From Synechococcus sp. UW140 (lineage in GTDB: Bacteria > Cyanobacteriota > Cyanobacteriia > PCC-6307 > Cyanobiaceae), in contig CAMAVE010000002.1 of assembly GCA_945861595.1 (NCBI GenBank), positions 8,946 through 72,945 on the forward strand: DNA of 64,000 bases. The letters are read 5' to 3'. Under the pieces are notes generated by a model that searched no databases, was not told where the DNA came from, and worked only from the letters and a program-made list of their open reading frames with translations. This document shows, one piece after another, positions 49,957-60,597 of this stretch. Position numbers and translations under genes: made by a program. Position 1 is the stretch's first letter, and every line of letters begins with the position of its first letter.

Positions 49957-51606
49957 GTGACCGTCTCCCCCTCCAGCCCTGCCCCAGCGAGCACCCTGCG
50001 CCGGGTCGCGGCCATCGACATCGGCACCAACTCGATTCACCTGCTGATTGCGGCGGTGGATCCGCTGCTGCATAGCTTCAGCGTTGTGCTGGCCGAAAAA
50101 AGCGCCACCCGCCTGGGCGAGCGCGATCCCGAGACGGGCCACCTCAGCGCCGCCTCGGTGGAGCGCGCCTTCCTAACCCTGCGCCACTGCCGCGACCTGG
50201 CCCATAGCCAGGGGGTGGAGCAGATCGTCACCGCCGCCACCAGCGCCGTGCGCGAGGCCCCCAACGGCCGCGAATTCCTGGCGACGTTGCAGGAGCAGTT
50301 GGGTCTGGAGGTGGATCTGGTCAGCGGGCCGGAGGAGGCGCGCCTGATCTACCTGGGCGTGCTCTCGGGCATGAGTTTTGGCGATGCGCCCCATTTCATC
50401 CTCGACATCGGCGGCGGCTCCACCGAACTGGTGCTTGCCGATGGCCGCGATGCCCGGGCCCTCACCAGCACCCGCATCGGCGCCGTACGGCTGCTGCGGG
50501 AGTTCATCCAGGAGGAGCCCTTGCCGCTGGGCCGGCGCCAGTTCCTCGAGGCCTATATCCAGGGAGCCCTCGATCCCGCCGTCGCCCAGGTGCGCCAGGC
50601 CCTGCGCCCGGGCGAGAGCCCCGTGCTGGTGGGCACCAGTGGCACGGCCATGGCCTTGGCCGCCCTGGCCGCCGCCGAAGACGCCAAGCCGCCCCTCAAA
50701 CTCCAGGGCTACCGGCTCAGCCGGGCCCGCATCGACCAGCTGGTCGATCGGCTCGTGGCCATGACGCCGGAGCAGCGCCGCACCCTGACGGCCATCAACG
50801 ACCGCCGCGCCGAAATCATCGTGCCCGGGGCCCTGATCCTGCAGACCGCCATGACGATGCTGCAGGCCAAGGAGCTGGTGGTCTGTGATCGGGCCCTGCG
50901 CGAAGGCCTGATCGTGGACTGGATGCTGCGCAACCAGCTGCTCGATGATCGCTTTGCCTTCCAGAGCACGATCCGGGAGCGCACGGTGCGACACCTGGCC
51001 CGCAACTACGCCGTCGACCAAGCCCAGGCTGAACGGGTCGCCGTCCATGCCCTCAGCCTCTACGACCAGACCCGGGGCCTGCTGCACCACGATCCCGGCC
51101 CAGGCCGCCTGCTGCTCTGGGCGGCGGCCCAGCTGCACGGCTGTGGCAAACACATCAACATCGCCGCGTATCACAAACACACCTGGTATTTGATCCGCCA
51201 CGGCGAGCTGCTCGGCTATTCCGAAACCGAACATCTGATGGTGGCGGCCATGGCCCGCTACCACCGCCGCGGTCTGCCCAAGAAACGCCATGAGTCCTGG
51301 CAGTTGATCGAGGGACGCGAGGAGCGACGAACCGTCTCCGAAATGGCCCTGCTGCTGCGCCTAGCTGCGGCCCTAGACCGGCGCCCCCAGGCCCTGATTG
51401 GCAGCCTCAAGGTGAAGGCAGTGGGGCCAAAGGCCGCCGCCACCGGGGTTCGTATTCTGCTGCGGCCCCAACCCGCCGAGGCCGGTCAGCCGGAGCCCGA
51501 TCTCAGCCTGGAATGCTGGAGCCTGCGCTCCTGCGCCGATGCGGTGGCCGAAGCCAGCGGCCTGGCCCTGCTGGTGGAGGGGCCTGAAGGGTTGCCACCC
51601 ACCTAG
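49957..51606 (+). CDS. ppx: Exopolyphosphatase / guanosine pentaphosphate phosphohydrolase (Ppx/GppA) with an HD domain
   Basis: VAAIDIGTNSIHLLIA, LDIGGGSTEL and the later HD region HGCGKHINIAAYHKH. In-frame GTG 49957; the track ORF start 49702 overlaps ubiA. Confidence 0.85.
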   Translation: MTVSPSSPAPASTLRRVAAIDIGTNSIHLLIAAVDPLLHSFSVVLAEKSATRLGERDPETGHLSAASVERAFLTLRHCRDLAHSQGVEQIVTAATSAVREAPNGREFLATLQEQLGLEVDLVSGPEEARLIYLGVLSGMSFGDAPHFILDIGGGSTELVLADGRDARALTSTRIGAVRLLREFIQEEPLPLGRRQFLEAYIQGALDPAVAQVRQALRPGESPVLVGTSGTAMALAALAAAEDAKPPLKLQGYRLSRARIDQLVDRLVAMTPEQRRTLTAINDRRAEIIVPGALILQTAMTMLQAKELVVCDRALREGLIVDWMLRNQLLDDRFAFQSTIRERTVRHLARNYAVDQAQAERVAVHALSLYDQTRGLLHHDPGPGRLLLWAAAQLHGCGKHINIAAYHKHTWYLIRHGELLGYSETEHLMVAAMARYHRRGLPKKRHESWQLIEGREERRTVSEMALLLRLAAALDRRPQALIGSLKVKAVGPKAAATGVRILLRPQPAEAGQPEPDLSLECWSLRSCADAVAEASGLALLVEGPEGLPPT

Positions 51607-51760
51607 GCGCCTTGCTTGCCAAGGGGGCGACAAAAAGAGGGGCTCTCCTTGAAGGAACTCATACAATCAAGGGTTGAGATCAACCTGATCTAATTGGTAT
51701 CAAGGCAGAAAAATAACCGTAATGACTTGCGATCAATGCAAGCATTTGATCCATTCCCAA

Positions 51761-51832
<72 letters not shown>

Positions 51833-52054
51833 TTTGCCACGCTGGAAGCGCTTTAAGGAGCATAGGCCACGAAGGGGAGCAGCCCCCTTTCAGGCCCCGA
51901 TCCAGCCCTGGAGCCCGCCGAACGATCTGGAGGAACAGCGCTCAGGCACGATGGCTGGTTGATACGGCCCTTTCTGGCCGTCAACAACAGCCGTGATCGG
52001 CGCCTGCGTCCCCTCAGCAGTCCGACTCCCATCCCTGGTCCCCCTGCCTTTGCC

Positions 52055-53575
52055 ATGGTCACCCCCGCCCCTGCGGCTGAGCGCCCCAGCCCAAGTGCTG
52101 GCCCTGCCCTAGCGGCGGAAACCCAGACGGATGTGCTGATCGTCGGCGGCGGGGTGTGTGGCACGGCCCTGCTGTTTGAGCTAGCCCGCTACACCGACCT
52201 GGGCCACCTCACCCTGGTGGAGCGCTACGACCAGCTGGCCCAGGTGAACTCCAAGGCCAGCAGCAACAGCCAAACGATCCACTGCGGCGACATCGAAACC
52301 AATTACACGCTTGAGAAGGCCCTCAAGGTGAAGCGCACGGCCGAAATGATCGAGCGCTACGCCGCCCTGCTCAGCGAGCCGGAACGCAACCGCTGCGTCT
52401 TCCGCACCCCGAAGATGGTGCTGGCCGTAGGCGAGCAGGAGTGCGGCGCCCTGCGCCAGCGCTTTGACTTGTTTTCGCCCCATTTCCCGGCGATGGAGCT
52501 GCTCGAGAAGGAGCAGATCGCCGAGTGGGAACCCCATGTGGCCCGGCTCGATGGGGAGCGGGCCGATGGCCCCCTGCGGCCGGAACCACTGGTGGCCATC
52601 GGCATCCGCCGCGCCGCTACCGCCGTCGACTACGAGGCCCTCGCCCAGAGCTTCGTGGCCCAGGCCCAGGCCACCCTGGCCGAATCCCAGCGGCAGCTGG
52701 ATCTCTGGCTGGGCAGCCGGGTTGAAGCGATCAAGCCCGAAACCGCCGCCGATGGCAGCACCACCTTTCTGGTGGAGCTGCGCCCCCATCGCCCCGGGGG
52801 CCGCATCCAGCAGGACGATCCCAACGCCCTAACCGCACCCCGCCGGATCCGGGCCCGCCATGTGGTGGTGAGCGCCGGCGCCCACAGCCTGCTGATGGCC
52901 CAACAACTGGGCTTTGGCCTGGAGTATTCCTGTCTACCGGTGGCCGGCAGTTTCTACTTCACCCCCGACCTGCTGCGCGGCAAGGTGTACACCGTGCAGA
53001 ACGACAAATTGCCCTTTGCGGCCATCCATGGCGACCCCGATGTGCGTTCGCCCGGCCAAACCCGCTTTGGCCCCACCGCCCTATTGCTGCCCTTGCTAGA
53101 GCGCTACCGGCCAGCCTCCTTCTTTGAATTTCTGAAGGTGTTGCGGCTGGATTTTTCGGTGTTGCTGGTGTTCTGGCAGCTGTTTCGCATTGCCGATATC
53201 CGCAACTACATCCTCAAGAATTTGTTGTTTGAAGTGCCCTGGCTGCGGCGCCGTCTGTTCCTCGCCGATGCCCGCAAGATCGTGCCCGGCCTGCAGCTGG
53301 CCGACCTGCGCTTCGCCGAGGGCTTCGGGGGCGTACGGCCCCAGTTGATTCACAAGGGCGAGCAACGGCTGATGCTGGGCGAGGCCCGCATCGCCGCCAT
53401 GCCAGGCCTGGCCTTCAATGTCACCCCCTCACCGGGGGGCACCTGCTGCCTGGGCAATGCCGTTACCGACCTGGAGGCGATCGTGGAGCGGCTGGGCTGC
53501 GGCTTTAATCGCCAGCGGCTGGAGCAGGAGCTCTACGGCGCCACCAGCCCAGAGCACTCAAGCCAGGGCTCCTAA
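52055..53575 (+). CDS. FAD-dependent oxidoreductase, malate:quinone-oxidoreductase-like
   Basis: Dinucleotide-binding DVLIVGGGVCGTAL, then NSQTIHCGDIETNYT resembling the Mqo family. Size is about 506 aa. ATG 52055. Confidence 0.55.
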   Translation: MVTPAPAAERPSPSAGPALAAETQTDVLIVGGGVCGTALLFELARYTDLGHLTLVERYDQLAQVNSKASSNSQTIHCGDIETNYTLEKALKVKRTAEMIERYAALLSEPERNRCVFRTPKMVLAVGEQECGALRQRFDLFSPHFPAMELLEKEQIAEWEPHVARLDGERADGPLRPEPLVAIGIRRAATAVDYEALAQSFVAQAQATLAESQRQLDLWLGSRVEAIKPETAADGSTTFLVELRPHRPGGRIQQDDPNALTAPRRIRARHVVVSAGAHSLLMAQQLGFGLEYSCLPVAGSFYFTPDLLRGKVYTVQNDKLPFAAIHGDPDVRSPGQTRFGPTALLLPLLERYRPASFFEFLKVLRLDFSVLLVFWQLFRIADIRNYILKNLLFEVPWLRRRLFLADARKIVPGLQLADLRFAEGFGGVRPQLIHKGEQRLMLGEARIAAMPGLAFNVTPSPGGTCCLGNAVTDLEAIVERLGCGFNRQRLEQELYGATSPEHSSQGS

Positions 53576-53631
53576 GGGCCTGGGGGTTGGCACCAGCGCC
53601 GCCCCGAGGAGCCCCAGCTCCCTACCCCAGC

Positions 53632-54450
53632 TCACTCGGCGCCGCCGCGGAACAGGTGGTTGTGGCTAGCGGAATAGAGCTTGGAGCGGGCGTTGCCCGG
53701 GGCCTTCAGGGCCGGACTGACCACATAAAGGGTGGTGCGGATCAGGTTGCGCTCGCGGCTCACCCGGGCCATGTCGCTAAGGGGCACAAGCGTGAGCCAT
53801 TGGTCGGGCCAGCTGACCCGATAGCCAATGGCCACGGGGGTATCGGCGGGATAGTGCTGCAGCAACTGGGCCTGCACCTCGTCCACATGGCGGGCGCTCA
53901 AATACAGGCACAGGGAGGCCTGCAGGGCCGCCAGCCGCTCGATCGATTCCCGTTCCGGCGTGCCGGTACGGCCGGAGGCGCGGCTCAGCACGATCGTCTG
54001 CACGAGACCCGGGATCGTCAATTCGGCCTGCAGGGCTGCGGCCGTGGCTTGATAGGCACTCAGGCCCGGCACCACCTCGACGCAAATCTCGGCATCCGCC
54101 AGGCGGCAGAGCTGCTCGGCTAGGGCGCCATACAGGCAAGGATCGCCGTCATGGAGGCGCACCACCCGCCGGCCAGCCCTGGCCCTCTCCACCACCACCT
54201 CCATCACCTGCTCCAGGGTGAGGGTGCTGGTGCGAATCGATTCACAGCCTTCCGGGGCCATGGCTGCGATCTGGGGCGAGACCAGGGAATCGGTCCAGAC
54301 CAGCACCTCCGCCCGCTCGATCGCCCGGGCGGCTCGCAGGGTTAGTAGATCGGGGGCCCCGGGCCCCGCACCCACGATCAAGACCTGGCCAGCGCCGGGC
54401 TCCCGGCCTGGGGCATCCGCCATTGCGGGGCCAGCGTTTGCAACATCCAT
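53632..54450 (-). CDS. cobM: Precorrin-4 C11-methyltransferase
   Basis: VLIVGAGPGAPDLLTLRAARAIERAEVLVW, VVRLHDGDPCLYGA, VVPGLSAYQA and YPADTPVAIGYRVSWPDQ. Start is ATG 54450 or 54423. Confidence 0.8.
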   Translation of the reverse strand: MDVANAGPAMADAPGREPGAGQVLIVGAGPGAPDLLTLRAARAIERAEVLVWTDSLVSPQIAAMAPEGCESIRTSTLTLEQVMEVVVERARAGRRVVRLHDGDPCLYGALAEQLCRLADAEICVEVVPGLSAYQATAAALQAELTIPGLVQTIVLSRASGRTGTPERESIERLAALQASLCLYLSARHVDEVQAQLLQHYPADTPVAIGYRVSWPDQWLTLVPLSDMARVSRERNLIRTTLYVVSPALKAPGNARSKLYSASHNHLFRGGAE

Positions 54451-54589
54451 CAAGCCAGCAGGCAAGGGGTCAACAGTGAATGGCGAAGCGGAACGAAGGC
54501 TCCGGCCCAATCAGATCCAAACGGAGCGAAGGGGGTCTCAATAGAGCGACTCTGGGGGATCGGATCGGATCACTCCCACCGGGAGCGGC

Positions 54590-55480
54590 TCAGGGCCGGC
54601 CCTCGGAATTCGCCCTAGCCACCCCGACCGGATCGGGCAAGGCCCGATGGCGGCCGTAGAGCCACCAGAGGCCAAAGCCACCCAAAGCCATCAGGGCCAG
54701 ACTCATCAGCTGGGCCATGCGCAGGCCACCGGTGCAGAAGGGTGGGGTGCCAATCAGGCAGAGGGGATCAATGCGCAACGCCTCGATCCAAAGGCGGCCA
54801 CTGCTGTAGGTCAGCAGGTAAACGCAACTCAGGGCTCCGGCCGGCAGGGCAATACGACCCCGAAGTCCGAGCCTAAAAAGGAGCAGGAGCAGGGCCAGCA
54901 CCCCCAAGTTCCAAAGGGATTCGTAAAGGAAGGTGGGATGGAAGTACTGGTCATTGGGGAAACCGGCGGCAATGGCGATCCAGCCGGGGATCTTCAGCTT
55001 CCAGGGCAGGTCGGTGGGCAGGCCAAAGGCTTCGGAATTGAAGAAGTTGCCCCAACGGCCGATCGCCTGGCCCAGGGCCACCGAGGGCACCAGCACGTCC
55101 AGCAGGTTCCAGAAGGCCAGCTTGCGCCAGCGGCAATAGAGGATCACCGCCAGGGTTCCGCCGATCAGGGCGCCATGGATGGCGATGCCACCACGCCAAA
55201 CGGCAAGCGCCTCCAACCAATTGAATTGGTATTGGCGCCACTCGAACAGCACGTAATAAGCGCGGGCTCCCACCACCGCCGACAGCACCAGGATCGGCAG
55301 CAGGTCAGCGATGAGGGCCGGATCGATGCCCCGGCGCTTGCCCAGCTGGCTGGAGAGCACCAGCCCCAGCAACACGGCCAGGGCAATGAGCAGGCCATAC
55401 CAACGCAGGGAAATGGGCCCCAGCTGAAACAGCAGGGGCCCGGGGGATGTAAAGACGGCCAAGGCCAAGGCAGCGGGCAT
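54590..55480 (-). CDS. lgt: Prolipoprotein diacylglyceryl transferase
   Basis: [39 protein letters not shown] 55480 shares one nt with the petA stop (TGATG). The track start at 55483 is TTG. Confidence 0.85.
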   Translation of the reverse strand: MPAALALAVFTSPGPLLFQLGPISLRWYGLLIALAVLLGLVLSSQLGKRRGIDPALIADLLPILVLSAVVGARAYYVLFEWRQYQFNWLEALAVWRGGIAIHGALIGGTLAVILYCRWRKLAFWNLLDVLVPSVALGQAIGRWGNFFNSEAFGLPTDLPWKLKIPGWIAIAAGFPNDQYFHPTFLYESLWNLGVLALLLLLFRLGLRGRIALPAGALSCVYLLTYSSGRLWIEALRIDPLCLIGTPPFCTGGLRMAQLMSLALMALGGFGLWWLYGRHRALPDPVGVARANSEGRP

Positions 55481-56412
55481 CAAACGCCTTCGAAGGCCTG
55501 CACTTTTTCAATCTGACGCTTCTTGAGAACCAGCATGATCTGGGCCAGGGCCACGGCTGCAAAGAAGGCCAACATGCCGTAGATGCGAACGGGGTTCTGG
55601 AGAACCACCTCGGCATCGATCTGACCGAAACCACCGACGTTGGGATCGTTGGTGATCGGGGCGCCGGCCGCCACGGCCTCGCCCACGGCCACTTTCACCG
55701 TGGGGCCAGCGGGAATCGTGTCGTTCACGCTGCTGCCATCGGCCGTGGTGATGGCCACCACGGTGGCGCCGTTCTCACCCGGGGTGATCGAGGCCACGGT
55801 GCCAGCAACCGAAGCGTTGAAGACGCCGTTGTTGCTCTTCTCACCGGTGGGATACACCTGGCCGCGGCCGCGGTTACCGCCCACATGCAGCTGGTATTTG
55901 CCGAAGTGGATGGCGCTGTCGCTGCCGGGATCGGGGGAAAGGATCGGGAAGACAATCTCCTGGTGCTGGTCGCCGGGGATCGGACCGACGAGCAGGATGT
56001 TGGGCTGGTCGTCACTCCACTGGGTGACATAGACGCCGGCGGTTTCTTCCTTCAGCTCATCGCTGAGGCGATCGGCGGGAGCCAGCTTGAAGCCATCCGG
56101 GAGCATCAGCACGGCACCCACATTCAGGCCAGCGGCACTGCCATCGCCAGCCACCTGCTGGATCGAGGTGTCATAGGGAATCTTGACCACCGCCTTGAAG
56201 ACGGAATCGGGGAAGACGGCCTGGGGCACTTCCACCTGGGTGGTTTTCTTGGCCAAGTGGCAGTTGGCGCAAACCAGCTTGCCGGTGGCTTCCCGGGGGC
56301 TGTCGTAGTTCTGCTGGGCCCAGAAGGGGTAGGCCCAGCTGGCCTGGGGGGCGAAGAGCAGGGCACTGAAGGCCAGGGCGGAGCTCAGCAGCAGGGTGAG
56401 TAGGCGACGCAT
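55480..56412 (-). CDS. petA: Cytochrome f (apocytochrome f)
   Basis: Signal peptide, then mature [27 protein letters not shown] (CxxCH heme site) and a C-terminal TM anchor. ATG 56412. The listed 585-aa ORF is an upstream read-through of the same frame. Confidence 0.95.
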   Translation of the reverse strand: MRRLLTLLLSSALAFSALLFAPQASWAYPFWAQQNYDSPREATGKLVCANCHLAKKTTQVEVPQAVFPDSVFKAVVKIPYDTSIQQVAGDGSAAGLNVGAVLMLPDGFKLAPADRLSDELKEETAGVYVTQWSDDQPNILLVGPIPGDQHQEIVFPILSPDPGSDSAIHFGKYQLHVGGNRGRGQVYPTGEKSNNGVFNASVAGTVASITPGENGATVVAITTADGSSVNDTIPAGPTVKVAVGEAVAAGAPITNDPNVGGFGQIDAEVVLQNPVRIYGMLAFFAAVALAQIMLVLKKRQIEKVQAFEGV

Positions 56413-56450
56413 GGGGCTGGCGGCGGGGGGAGAAATGACAGGGAAAAAAC

Positions 56451-56987
56451 TCAGGCCCACCAGGGCTTGTCGCCGGTGCGGAAATCGGTTTCGCTCCACT
56501 GGCTGAGGAAGACGTTGTCGTTTTCGACGCTCACATGGGCCAGGGCCAGGGAGAGGGGAGCGGGACCGCGCACCACCTTGCCGGTGGCGTCGTACTGGCT
56601 GCCATGGCAGGGGCACATGAACTTGTTGGCGCCGCTGTTCCAAGGCACCACGCAGCCCAGGTGGGTGCAGATGGCGTTGATGCCGTAGCTGCCGATCGCG
56701 TCTTCGCCCTCGACGATCAGGTAGGTGGGATCGCCCTTCAGACCCTGGACCAGGCTGCGATCGCCCTCCTTGTGGGTGCTGAGCCAGCCCGTGGCGGTGA
56801 CGGTGTTGCCGAGCTCGTCTTTGGCGGTGGTGCCGCCGCCACCGCCGGCGGCCCGGGGGGGGATGAAGTAGCTGACGACGGGGTAGAGGGCCCCCAGGGC
56901 CACGCCGGTGACCGACCCGAAGGTCAGCAGATTCATGAACTGCCGACGACCCATTCCGGGAACATCGCTCGCTGGGATCTGGGTCAT
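56451..56987 (-). CDS. petC: Cytochrome b6-f complex Rieske iron-sulfur subunit
   Basis: [21 protein letters not shown] and CPCHGSQY 2Fe-2S boxes. ATG 56987 gives 178 aa. Confidence 0.95.
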   Translation of the reverse strand: MTQIPASDVPGMGRRQFMNLLTFGSVTGVALGALYPVVSYFIPPRAAGGGGGTTAKDELGNTVTATGWLSTHKEGDRSLVQGLKGDPTYLIVEGEDAIGSYGINAICTHLGCVVPWNSGANKFMCPCHGSQYDATGKVVRGPAPLSLALAHVSVENDNVFLSQWSETDFRTGDKPWWA

Positions 56988-57209
56988 ACGGGGTGGCGTT
57001 CCTGGATGCCGAAGCAACGTGGCGACCATTATGAACCTTGCCCCGGCCCGGACGCTTGCTGCCGCCTGGGTTCTGGCCTGACGCTGCAACATGCTGTTGC
57101 GAGATGCCCTGGCCAGAGGCCCTGCGCCAACGGTTTTGGGGCCGCCCCAGGAGCTTGGGGCCTGCCCAGGCCCTGCCCCACTCGCCCCCCGCTCGCCCCC
57201 CATCACGCT

Positions 57210-57566
57210 TTGACGTCCCCCGCCCCAGCCGGCCCACCGCCCAGCGGCGAACCCCTCAGCGCCGAGGAGTTGCTGGCCACCCTGCGCCGCCGCTGGAAGG
57301 CCTCCTACGACCTGCAGCTGGTGCAGCGCCGCGGCCGCCTCTATCTGCAGGTGATGTGGGCCTATCTGGAGCAGCAGTCCTTTCCGCTGGATGCCGAGGC
57401 CTACACCGCCAGGCTGGCCGACCTGGTGGCCAGCCTCAATGGCCTGGGGGTGGCAGCCCAGGTGCGCGACTGGCTCAACAGCACCACCGATCGGCCCCGC
57501 CTGGGCAAGGCCATGAGCCTGCCCCTGGAGTTGCCCCCCGGCCGGGCCAGCGAATTTCTGCTCTAG
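57210..57566 (+). CDS. DUF3067-like conserved cyanobacterial protein
   Basis: [45 protein letters not shown] matches the DUF3067 pattern, divergent from petC. There is no in-frame ATG. TTG 57210 is the nearest plausible start; upstream of it the track ORF is antisense to petC. Confidence 0.6.
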   Translation: MTSPAPAGPPPSGEPLSAEELLATLRRRWKASYDLQLVQRRGRLYLQVMWAYLEQQSFPLDAEAYTARLADLVASLNGLGVAAQVRDWLNSTTDRPRLGKAMSLPLELPPGRASEFLL

Positions 57567-57572
57567 GGCTGC

Positions 57573-58478
57573 TTAGGCGGCCGAGGGACGCAGGCCTGAA
57601 ACCAGGGACGCCAGACCAACCCCCACCAGATAGAGGGCCGTGATCGCGCCAGTGAGCAGCAGCATCGTCACCGGATCGGTGGAGGGGGTGAGCACCGCGC
57701 CGGCCAGGGCGGCGAGCAGCACCACCCAGCGCCAGGCCGAAAGCATCGCCCTAGCCCGCACCAACCCCAGGGCCGCCAGCAGCAACTGCAGGACGGGCAA
57801 CTGGAAGGCCAGGGCCGTGGCCACCATCAGCAACAGCACGAAATCCAGATAGCGCTCAATCGACCACAGCGGCTCCACCACATCGGCGCCGTAATTCACG
57901 AGGAAGTTGAGGGCGGCAGGCACCAGGGCCCACCAGGCAAAGGCCAGGCCGGCCAGAAACAACAGGGCCGAGCCCGCCACGGCCGGCGCCACCAGGCGCC
58001 GTTCCCTGCGACTCAGGCCTGGCAGCACAAAGCACAACCCCTCGTACAAGACGTAGGGCAGGGCCAGGCTCAGGCCGGCATAGCCCGCCACCTTGAAGGA
58101 CACAAACAGGAACTCCCCAGGCGCCAGCTGCAGAAAATGGATGCCCTGGGCGGGTTGTTCCAGCAGGCGCACCAGCGGCCGCACCAGCAGCAGGCAGGCC
58201 GCAGCCGCCCCAACCACCGCCACCAGGCTGCGCAACACGCGACGGCGCAACTCCTCCAGGTGATCCACCAGGCTCATCTCCACCTCGGCGGGGAACTCGT
58301 CCTGGGCCGGCAGGATCGTCTGGTCAATCCCAGCGTCGTCCCCCAGGGTGCTGCCGTCGGCAGGATCAATCGCTCCGACGGACTGGCCCTCGCTGCCGGC
58401 ACCAGGGCGCGCCACCCGGATCGGGGCGGGCGGGGCCATCGGCTGGCCTGAGGGGGGCTGGGGAGGGGTGTCGCTCAT
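57573..58478 (-). CDS. tatC: Sec-independent protein translocase TatC
   Basis: MSLVDHLEELRRRVLRSL, six TM helices, LLTPSTDPVTM. The ATG overlaps the stop of the upstream gene (ATGA). Confidence 0.9.
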   Translation of the reverse strand: MSDTPPQPPSGQPMAPPAPIRVARPGAGSEGQSVGAIDPADGSTLGDDAGIDQTILPAQDEFPAEVEMSLVDHLEELRRRVLRSLVAVVGAAAACLLLVRPLVRLLEQPAQGIHFLQLAPGEFLFVSFKVAGYAGLSLALPYVLYEGLCFVLPGLSRRERRLVAPAVAGSALLFLAGLAFAWWALVPAALNFLVNYGADVVEPLWSIERYLDFVLLLMVATALAFQLPVLQLLLAALGLVRARAMLSAWRWVVLLAALAGAVLTPSTDPVTMLLLTGAITALYLVGVGLASLVSGLRPSAA

Positions 58479-60451
58479 GGCTTCGGCGCTGGGCCGAGGC
58501 TAGGCAGCCCCTCGCCTTTGGGCGGGGCAGCGGCCTGAATTGGGTTGGCCTGCGCTGGAGTGGCCCTGGTGGGGGACTCGCTGCGGATCGGGCGATCGGC
58601 GCGCTCCGCCAACGCGATCAGCAGGCTGGCGGCCCGCTGCGGGTCTGCCCAAAGCACCTCGCCACCGCGGTGGCGCACGGTGCCCGGACCGGCGCCGGAG
58701 ATGCGCTGTAGCTGGTCGGTGGCGACCATCACCACTGCCACGCGACGGTTGCCCCGGGCCCGGCTGAAGTGGGCGGCCAGATCGGCGGCGGCCTGGAGAT
58801 CGCCCTCGCCCCCAGGGGCGACCGACGTCTTCAGCACCACATGGCTACCGGGGCATTCCTGGGCATGGAACCAGAGGTCGCCACGGCGGGCCTGCTGCAG
58901 GCTGATCCAGGCGTTCTGGCGGTGGTTGCGGCCCACTTGCACGCGCAGGCCACTGGCCAGCTCCAGTTCGAGGGGCTGAACCTGGCCGCTCGCTAGCGGG
59001 GCGCTGCCGGAACGCCGTTGGCGGCGGTTGCCCAGCCGGGGCGCCAGCAGGCTTTGGCTATCGAGTTCCAGCTCCTCGAGCTGGGCCAGCAGCGGGCCCG
59101 AACCCAGGCCAGCGGCGTGGCGTGTCGCCTGGGAGGGGGCCAGCGCCGGTGAGCCCTCCTCCGCCAGCAGCAACTGGTCGAGATAGGTGAGGCTCGCCTC
59201 GAGCTGCTCGATCCGCTGCTGGTGGGCCTCGATCCGGGGGGTGATCGCCGCCACCGAGCGCCGCAACTTGCGGGCGCGGCGATAGAGGGCCTGGGCCTCA
59301 GCCACCTGGTCCCGGCTGGGATCGGGCAAGCAGAGCAGGGCATCGGCCTGGCCCTGCAGGGCAGCACTGCCCTCCACCTGGTCGAGCCGCTCCTGCTGCT
59401 GCCGGCATTGGGCCTGCTCCTTCGCCAGGGCCTGCTGTAGGCGCAAGCGCAGGGTCGAGGAGCGTTGTTGGAGGCGGCGGCCGACCAGGAGTTGCCGGTA
59501 ATAACCCTCCAGGAACGCATTGATCTCAAGGGTCTGCGGCGCCAGGGGCTGACTGACCTGGCTCTCAATGGCCGGCGTCTCGCTGAGCGGGAGAGGGGCC
59601 GCCCAAGGCTGAATCCCCGCAGGGTCCTGCTGCTGCGCTTCTGCAGCCGCATCAGGCGCCTCCTGCCAGCAGCGGTAGGCCGTGGCCTGGCCGCGACTGA
59701 GCGCAAACGCCTCGCTCGCCAACACCGCCAGCCAGCACTGCCAACGGCGATGCAGCAGCTGCCACTCCAGCTCCGCCAACTGGTCGACGGGACGGGCCAG
59801 CAGGTCTGCCGCCAGCGGGGGCTGGTCGCCGGCCAGTTGCAGGGCCAGGGCCGGACTGATGCCCTGGTAGGCCTCGCGCAGGGCCCGCCCCAGGGCCACC
59901 GGCACCAGGCTCAACCGCCGCCGCCAATCGGCGTAGGACTCGCCGGCCCGGGGCGGTTGACCCCGGGCTGGCGGCGGCGGCAGGTAGGCGTCGCCGCTGC
60001 CGATCGGCCGCAGGCGGGACTGCTGCTCCCGCACCTGGCGGCCGGCCCCGGTGACCCGCCCCTGGCGATCGAGCACAAACAGGTTGCTGTGGCGGCCCAT
60101 CAGCTCCAACACCAGGCGCCGGCAGACCGGGTCCCCGGGCCGGGTCGCGAACTGCAGCTCCACCACCCGTTCCATGCCCTCCTGCTGCAACCCCACCAGG
60201 GCCAGCCCCGAGAGGCCGTGTTGCACCTGCTGGGCCAGGGTGCTGCCATCGCCAGCTCGGGGGGGCGGGGCGATCGCCAGCAGGCGAGGGGCTTCGGCCT
60301 GCCAGCTCAGTTCGAGCCAGTGGCGGCCGGCGAGGCTGCGGAAACCGAGTTGCAGGGTCTGGCCATCGCTCTGCTGGGCCTTCTCAAACCGGCTCGGCAG
60401 CAACAACGGCCGTAGCTCCGCCAGCACGGCCCGCAGGGTGGTGAGGTCCAT
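58475..60451 (-). CDS. rqcH: NFACT-family (FbpA / RqcH-like, DUF814-containing) protein
   Basis: MDLTTLRAVLAELRPLLLPSRFEKAQQ N-terminus, a coiled-coil middle, and the NFACT-R region DLWFHAQECPGSHVVLK. ATG 60451 preferred over the track start 60520. Confidence 0.7.
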   Translation of the reverse strand: MDLTTLRAVLAELRPLLLPSRFEKAQQSDGQTLQLGFRSLAGRHWLELSWQAEAPRLLAIAPPPRAGDGSTLAQQVQHGLSGLALVGLQQEGMERVVELQFATRPGDPVCRRLVLELMGRHSNLFVLDRQGRVTGAGRQVREQQSRLRPIGSGDAYLPPPPARGQPPRAGESYADWRRRLSLVPVALGRALREAYQGISPALALQLAGDQPPLAADLLARPVDQLAELEWQLLHRRWQCWLAVLASEAFALSRGQATAYRCWQEAPDAAAEAQQQDPAGIQPWAAPLPLSETPAIESQVSQPLAPQTLEINAFLEGYYRQLLVGRRLQQRSSTLRLRLQQALAKEQAQCRQQQERLDQVEGSAALQGQADALLCLPDPSRDQVAEAQALYRRARKLRRSVAAITPRIEAHQQRIEQLEASLTYLDQLLLAEEGSPALAPSQATRHAAGLGSGPLLAQLEELELDSQSLLAPRLGNRRQRRSGSAPLASGQVQPLELELASGLRVQVGRNHRQNAWISLQQARRGDLWFHAQECPGSHVVLKTSVAPGGEGDLQAAADLAAHFSRARGNRRVAVVMVATDQLQRISGAGPGTVRHRGGEVLWADPQRAASLLIALAERADRPIRSESPTRATPAQANPIQAAAPPKGEGLPSLGPAPKP

Positions 60452-60597
60452 GGCCTGGAGCGGGGCGGTCACCAGCGACGCGGTGACCGGCGACTCAAGG
60501 GCCGTCGACGCAGGGAGCATGGAGGCGGCAGGACGCTGGCGGGAAAGGCAGCACCTACTCTGCAGGCCGATCGTTGGAGCGCCGAGGTGATCGTCCG

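Noticed and set aside
50173-51291. 372-aa ORF on the minus strand
   Set aside because: It is antisense to the ppx/gppA gene, an artefact.
55480-57237. Apparent 585-aa protein that would fuse sequence upstream of petA to cytochrome f
   Set aside because: The part upstream of ATG 56412 overlaps petC in another frame and is Arg/Gly/Pro-rich nonsense. The cytochrome f signal peptide starts at MRRLLTLL.
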